Source: Mobula hypostoma (taxonomy: Eukaryota). From it: 64,000 bases of DNA. Where the stretch lies: contig NC_086097.1 in NCBI RefSeq assembly GCF_963921235.1, positions 196,232,001-196,296,000 on the forward strand, written 5' to 3'. The notes below the pieces were generated by a model that was not told where the DNA came from, searched no databases, and worked only from the letters and a program-made list of their open reading frames with translations. The translations under genes and the position numbers were made by a program. Of the stretch, positions 62,385 to 64,000 are shown piece after piece (positions within the stretch are counted from its first letter, which is position 1; each line of letters opens with the position of its first letter).

Positions 62385-63082
62385 CAAGGACACAAATACG
62401 AGATCGAATTCAAGAGGACAGCAAATCATGGAAATGCTGCTGGATCATCCCATTTACCCTTGGAAAAGGAAATACCTGAAAAATTTACCAAAGAGGGCAC
62501 TCCTCTTGCCATATTCTCCCTAATGCAAATTGTAAGTCTCCCTATTACAGCAAAAATGATCCTAAGGGAAACCAGAAAGGATCTTCAGGCCTACAAGGAA
62601 ATTCAAAATAGCTGGGATGTGTGGTAGAGATCCCAGTTCCCTCATTTCCCCCATTTCACCATTGCTACACAGTGCCATACACTCCACAACCAACAGTTCA
62701 CCAGCTATGTAGTTCCTTGGTCACCCCTTGTTCTCACACTTATCCTGAAACCCAGTCTCAGAAGGAGTATGCAGGACAAATAGCTGAGGAAAAACTAACG
62801 GCCCCTCAAACAAGGAGTCCGATGTTTCATTTCTGGACAAGAAGTCCTGGTAAGGGACTACAGAGCTGATCAAATGTGGGTACTTAGAAAGATTAAGAAC
62901 AGAACTGGACCGCTCTACCACACAGTGGACATTGCTTCTGATGTCATCTGGAAACGACACATTGAACATTTGAGTAGAGCAGTCAATTGTTAGAGAAGAA
63001 AAGTGTCCATAACTATCACACACATATAGGTTCCTTGTTTTTCTATCAATTAGTTTTATGTTTTGGAATTACAAAACCTAAC
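62385..63082 (+). mobile_element. Gypsy remnant of the 23082-30860 family
   Basis: RNase H end YEIEFKRTANHGNA…HLPL; 62690-63020 resembles 29965-30310; LTR end caattagttttatgttttggaattacaaaacctaaca. Confidence 0.7.
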
Positions 63083-63254
63083 ACAACACCTTCTCATTCT
63101 CTTCAGCCATTTCGTTCAAAACCCTGATATGTAGTCCAAATGGTCCAGCTGACTTATCTACCTTTGGACCAGTACAGAGAAAGAGCAGTGCAGGGAGAGA
63201 GTAAGATGCAATGTCTCAAAGAGGTAGATTGTGATGTCAAGGGTCCATTTCATC

Positions 63255-63740
63255 ATATTAGGGGTTCAGTCATATTATAACACCAGGGTAGAAGCTGTCT
63301 TTCAGGCTGATGGTATGTTCTTTCAGGCTGATGGTATGTGCTTTCAGGCTGATGGTATGTGCTTTCAGGCTTTTGTATCTTCTGCCTGAATGGACAGGGA
63401 GAAGAGAGAGTATTTGTGTAGGTGGTATCTCTGATTATATTGGCTGCCTGACTAAGACAGTGAGAAGTGTAAACAGTATCCATGGAGAGGAGGCTGGTTT
63501 CAGTGATGTCCTGAGCTCCGTTCACAACTCTCTGCAGTTTCTTGTGGTCACGGGCAGAGCAACAGAAATACCAAGCTGCGATGTTTCCAGATAGGATGGT
63601 GCATCGACAAAACTTGGTAGCAGTCAAAGAGGACAAGCCAGATTTCTTTCAACTACTGAGGAAATGGAAGTGTTGTTGAGTTTCCTTGGCCATAATGTCA
63701 ATATTGTTGATCTAGACAGGCGATATTAATGACCAGGAAT
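63255..63740 (-). mobile_element. Rex1/Babar-like LINE fragment containing a 21-bp tandem repeat (~63300-63370)
   Basis: CTILSGNIAAWY…DHKKLQRVVNGAQDI; ctttcaggctgatggtatgtg repeated ~3.5 times. Confidence 0.7.
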
Positions 63741-64000
63741 TTGGATATGTGGACAAATGTGAAGGGATATGGAAGAAATTAGAAAAAGGATACTGAATAT
63801 GGAATGATAAGCCAATATCATGTTGAATGGTGGAGCAGACCAAAAGGGTTGAAAGAACTGCACCTCATTTATTTACATTTTCCTGATTCTGCTTGCGGTG
63901 ATTTCAATTGACATTGTGAATTTTACTTAAGAATTTTCACTAACTTAGATTTCAAGAAAGTAACTAGCAATTGTCAATCTTTTCTTCATTAAAATTCCAC

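Noticed and set aside
55687..64000. Further ABHD3 exons (CVVFNNRG…)
   Set aside because: No matching sequence found by eye; presumably beyond the window.

Overview
Repeat-dense vertebrate DNA. The repeat complement (V-SINE/HE1-type SINEs, CR1 LINEs, Penelope-like elements) suggests a cartilaginous fish; this is an inference. The only host gene seen is ABHD3 (+ strand), with coding exons at 13582-13743, 54433-54596 and 55504-55686 (the third ends at a GC donor). Its ~40.7 kb first intron holds two nested retroelement stacks. (i) A Gypsy remnant (23082-30860) contains a CR1, which contains a truncated LTR flanked by a 190-bp duplication. (ii) A non-autonomous Gypsy element (33494-47028, - strand, TTTA TSD, tRNA-Pro PBS) contains a Gmr1/SCAN-type Gypsy element and a near full-length CR1. 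Highlight 1: element (ii) carries ~825 bp of captured, intron-less sarcomeric myosin heavy-chain rod sequence, in frame behind the RT YxDD motif and replacing RNase H/integrase. Highlight 2: the Penelope terminal repeats carry minimal hammerhead ribozymes (about a dozen copies, two with intact cores). Highlight 3: an unspliced pre-tRNA-Tyr is joined to a LINE 3' tail, giving a proto-SINE-like chimera. All homology calls are by eye from remembered family motifs; no database searches were run.
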